From positions 96,001-160,000 of the forward strand of contig OZ252239.1 of the NCBI GenBank assembly GCA_965249485.1: a DNA stretch of 64,000 nt. The letters are read 5' to 3'. The DNA comes from a bacterium. GTDB lineage: Bacteria; SM23-31. Within the stretch, counting starts at the first letter, position 1. Every line of letters starts with the position of its first letter. The position numbers were made by a program, and so were the translations under genes. Positions 60,793 through 64,000 of this stretch are shown here, piece by piece. The notes below the pieces were generated by a model that ran no database searches, had not been told where the DNA came from, and worked only from the letters and a program-made list of their open reading frames with translations.

Positions 60793-60823
60793 GTGGACCG
60801 TGTGTGACGTTTTGCGAACCTTT
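60793..60823. repeat. Junction repeat family B, copy 4
   Basis: GTGGACCGTGTGTGACGTTTTGCGAACCTTT, identical to the core at 60114-60144. Confidence 0.9.
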
Positions 60824-60952
60824 GAAGCGGAATTAAATTGCAGTATTTTAAGAAAGTAACGTGTAAAGGAATATAGAAACAGAATTTAAGAATCAATTAT
60901 TAGTTGATTTTAAAAACAAGAATTATTGTTGTTACACTATAAACTCATCGTG

Positions 60953-62528
60953 TCAAGACCCTATAAATTCAACAGGAATTCTTAGCCAGAATTTTACAGG
61001 TCTGCCTAATAGCGTTGCCGGAATATATCGGGCCCGTCTTACAGCTTTTAGCACAGCTTCATCGAAATCTTCACTTAATGACTGTATTAGTACTGTATGA
61101 TCGACGAATCCTTGTTCGTTAATTAAAGCTTCGACAATAACTTCTCTCGGCCTTCTAGTTGCCCTCGCACTGGGTGAGTATTTAAAATTTCTAGTTTTAA
61201 AATTTCTAACTACATTTCTAGCGAATGCTTCTAAGCCTCCTATTATTTTCGGCTGATCTTCCACCGGAAGAGATTCGGGAATATCATCATGTGTGATCAT
61301 TTGATACTCTTCGTTTTGCTCTTCCTTTATAACAGGATTGTAATCAAAAGGTAAATGTTCTGCGAGCCTGCCATTCCATGACCAATATCCATACATCGTA
61401 ACAAAATAGGGATCTTCTGATATACCGTGAATGTTAAATTTAGAATTTGGAGAACTAATCTTAATCCACGAGACCTGGTCTTTTTCTGGTTTGTTTAAAA
61501 CAATAGAATTTATGTTACCTAAACCACCTAATGGAATTAATGCAACTCTCTGCATCTTTACTTTTATACTGATTTATATACGTGTCCTCGGCTGGTTCAT
61601 TTGTATATTCAACCTGTAAATAATCTTCAAATTTTAGTTTCTTCAAGTATTCAACATCAGTAGGTTCAATGAGTGTTTTTGTATTAAAGATTCTCACTTT
61701 CAAAGATGATCCAGCGTTTCTATTTCTCGTATCGTCAGATGGTAATTTCTTAAATTGTTGCACTAAAAAACCTTCTTTATTTGTAGTTCCTGCAGGCAAA
61801 CTAGCCAGAAAGTGTCGTAAAGAACCCTGATACGATTTTAGCCTGTTTTCTCGCCATAATTCCATTTCTTGATTATCGCTCGGTATCATCTCTACAAATT
61901 GTGGTACACCAGCAAATCGCAGCCTATCATTATAACTTATAAAATCTACTAGTAAATAATTTATGCGATACCCGAGCGCATTATTCTCAATTTCAAGTAA
62001 TCCCGATGCATGTGCTGTATAGCCATTTGTATCAACATCCTTCTCAAACATTAGTACTTCAGGATTGATTATCTTACAGTGAGAAGCATTACTGGTTTGT
62101 CCTAAAAACTCTTCTTCAAATTTTTTGTAATATTCTTTCCATTCTTTTTGATCCATTGACGAGACGACAACTTCTCCGGATTCATATAATAATTCCTTCA
62201 TTCTTACTGTTGTAACTCTCAAGAGAGATTTCGATAAATGAATGTTCTTCCTCTGAGGACTATACGTTACATGTGAATAAACGAGTACGTAATTTCCAAA
62301 AGGTACATTTCTAATCGTATACTGTCCATTTTCATTTGATGCTGAACCTAAAGATGTGTTGGACAACCAAACATTTACAAACGGTACGGGTTTATCGGTA
62401 TCAGAATCTTTGACAACAACAGTTATATTGCCAGTAGGCACTTCCTGAGCAATTGATATTTTTCCAGAAGTAATAATAATGAAAATAATATATATAATAT
62501 ACGAACTAATATTTATTTGATATTTCAT
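60953..62528 (-). pseudogene. Frameshift-split exported protein: carboxypeptidase-regulatory-like domain, central domain and TonB C-terminal domain
   Basis: ORFs 61515..62567 and 60953..61555 overlap by 41 bp. The second begins with QVSWI...YGYWSW..RLAEHLPFDY, which normally ends the first family, then a TonB_C-like V.V.A.I...G...A..A..Y.PA...G.PV. Confidence 0.7.
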
Positions 62529-62614
62529 AGTATAATCTTTTATTTTTTTCTCTAAAAAAATATACATATTAAAATAAGGATTGCAATAAATTTAATTGTA
62601 TTATGTAATTATTT

Positions 62615-62688
62615 AGGGCCCTGCAGGACTCGAACCTGCGACCCATTGATTATGAGTCAGTTGCTCTAACCAACTGAGCTAAGGGCCT
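62615..62688 (-). tRNA. tRNA with CAT anticodon, most likely tRNA-Ile2
   Basis: Cloverleaf AGGCCCT-TA-GCTCAGTTGGTTAGAGC-A-ACTGA-CTCATAA-TCAAT-GGGTC-GCAGG-TTCGAGT-CCTGC-AGGGCCC; lacks the initiator GGG/CCC anticodon stem; CCA not encoded. Confidence 0.9.
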
Positions 62689-63121
62689 GTGTGTATCAGT
62701 ATGTGAAGTCTTGAAATTTACTCAATCCTGGCTAAAATGTTGAGGTGCTTAGGCCTTCTTACTGGTTAATCCCCGCATAAAAATATACACTTAGCTAAAT
62801 ATACAGCATAAAATTACAAAATATATCCTGTTTTTGATTTCAGATATAGTTTGAGAGATATTTCATATAATTACAGATCAACAAGCGCTATTAAAGGGAT
62901 TGTTGGGAAATAGTTGCTATAGAGAGAGAATCAATTGAAAAGAATTGACTAATTAAAGTTTTTTGGTTAATTTTTTACGTTATTTTAGCACTGCCAATCA
63001 TTGTATAACACACGTATGTGTCCTCAGCTAAAACCTCTAATAATGTTTTTTATTGATGCCATGATCTTAAAAAAGCGATTGCAATAAGGCAATTTGTACA
63101 AATTGTCGAAGGAGGTTCCAG

Positions 63122-63409
63122 ATGAAGCAGTTCTTCCCTATGAGAAAGGTCGAAGTATCGGTCCTCATATTTCTCATAACATTCGCAGTGATCTCGTTTC
63201 TTCCAATCTGGCGCACAATTGAGATCGGCGGTATGGCGGTATTCGGCTGGCTGATGGCTGTTCTCATGGTGGTTTCTCCAACCCTTGTGTTACTCATCTT
63301 ACGACGTGCTGATAAAGACGATGCTCGCCAGCCTCTTGCAAATACAATGAATTCCAACAGTGTGCGATTCGAATCAGGACAGACTGACACAGATACAGAG
63401 GCCTCATGA
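63122..63409 (+). CDS. Small two-TM partner protein of a sodium:solute symporter
   Basis: GGAGG RBS, two TM segments, ATGA overlap with the following symporter. Confidence 0.75.
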   Translation: MKQFFPMRKVEVSVLIFLITFAVISFLPIWRTIEIGGMAVFGWLMAVLMVVSPTLVLLILRRADKDDARQPLANTMNSNSVRFESGQTDTDTEAS

Positions 63410-64000
63410 TACTTGAACGAATTCTCGTCGTAGTATATCTGCTTGGCTGCATCGTTATCGGTGTCGTCGCGGCACGGAAGGTACTCGGCTCCCGTGATGA
63501 GTACTGGGTGGCCGGGCGGCGTATCGGTACTGTTGTGAATGCAATGGCCATAATGGCGGCTCTTGCCAGCGGTGGTTCGATTGTCGGTGTAATGGGTCTG
63601 GCGTATTCGCAGGGTATACCCGCTACACTAGCACTGTTCGCTGGTTCAATATTAGGATTTCCGATTGCCTCTCTACTGGTTGCTCGACCGTTACGCAATT
63701 TCGGAAAGTATACGATCACCGACTTTCTCAGTTACCGATATCCCAGCGCAGTCGTACGCTTTCTTGTCCCAATACTGATTGTCATTGCCTTTGTTATCTA
63801 CATCGTCGCACAGCTCAAGGCAGTCGGTATTACGGCTACAGCACTACTTGGTATCCCCTATGACATTGCGCTCATAGTATCCACACTGGTGTTCATTGTC
63901 TATGTGTCATTTGGAGGCATGATCGCAATCACCTGGACTGATGTCATACAAGGTATGTTAATGCTCGCAGTTGTTGTCGGCACAGCGGTGGTGTTTGTTT
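63406..64000 (+). CDS. Sodium:solute symporter (partial; runs off the window end)
   Basis: Translation shows EYWVAGRRIG, SGGSIVG, TITDFL.YRY, YV.FGGM.A..WTDV.QG. Confidence 0.92.
   Translation, partial: MILERILVVVYLLGCIVIGVVAARKVLGSRDEYWVAGRRIGTVVNAMAIMAALASGGSIVGVMGLAYSQGIPATLALFAGSILGFPIASLLVARPLRNFGKYTITDFLSYRYPSAVVRFLVPILIVIAFVIYIVAQLKAVGITATALLGIPYDIALIVSTLVFIVYVSFGGMIAITWTDVIQGMLMLAVVVGTAVVFV

Noticed and set aside
9460..60823. Classical integron attC array
   Set aside because: No RYYYAAC...GTTRRRY ends, no long imperfect palindrome, and no intI in the window.
9460..60823. CRISPR array
   Set aside because: Repeats are separated by gene-sized intervals (0.7 to about 11 kb) and no cas genes are present.

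Overview
Bacterial accessory region of about 62.6 kb lying immediately downstream of the 3' end of a minus-strand tRNA(CAT, probably Ile2) at 62615-62688. Nearly all genes are on the minus strand and encode secreted or periplasmic hydrolases: seven M24-like peptidases, a PepP-type aminopeptidase, M28, S10 and HtrA proteases, three zincin-like lipoproteins, GH3, two GH29 and a BNR/VPS10-repeat protein. Also present are two GMC oxidoreductases, malate synthase G, an aconitase and a GT4/GH130 cluster. The main signal is non-coding. At least 17 copies of a ~30-bp junction motif in two families (A: CTCCCCGGGCTGTACGATTTGCGAAC; B: GTGGACCGTGTGTGACGTTTTGCGAAC) separate the genes. On the gene strand each motif typically follows a stop codon closely, mimics a tRNA 3' end and is often followed by a conserved sigma70-like promoter and leader for the next gene. 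One ~290-bp segment joins a real tRNA 3' half in one copy and the family-B motif in the other. My inference is a tandem array of small, integrase-less, promoter-bearing gene cassettes integrated serially at tRNA 3' ends, functionally like an integron but without attC sites. No recombinase gene is visible in the window. Gene relics, three frameshifts and two local duplications indicate high turnover. All product calls come from motif recognition by eye, not database searches.
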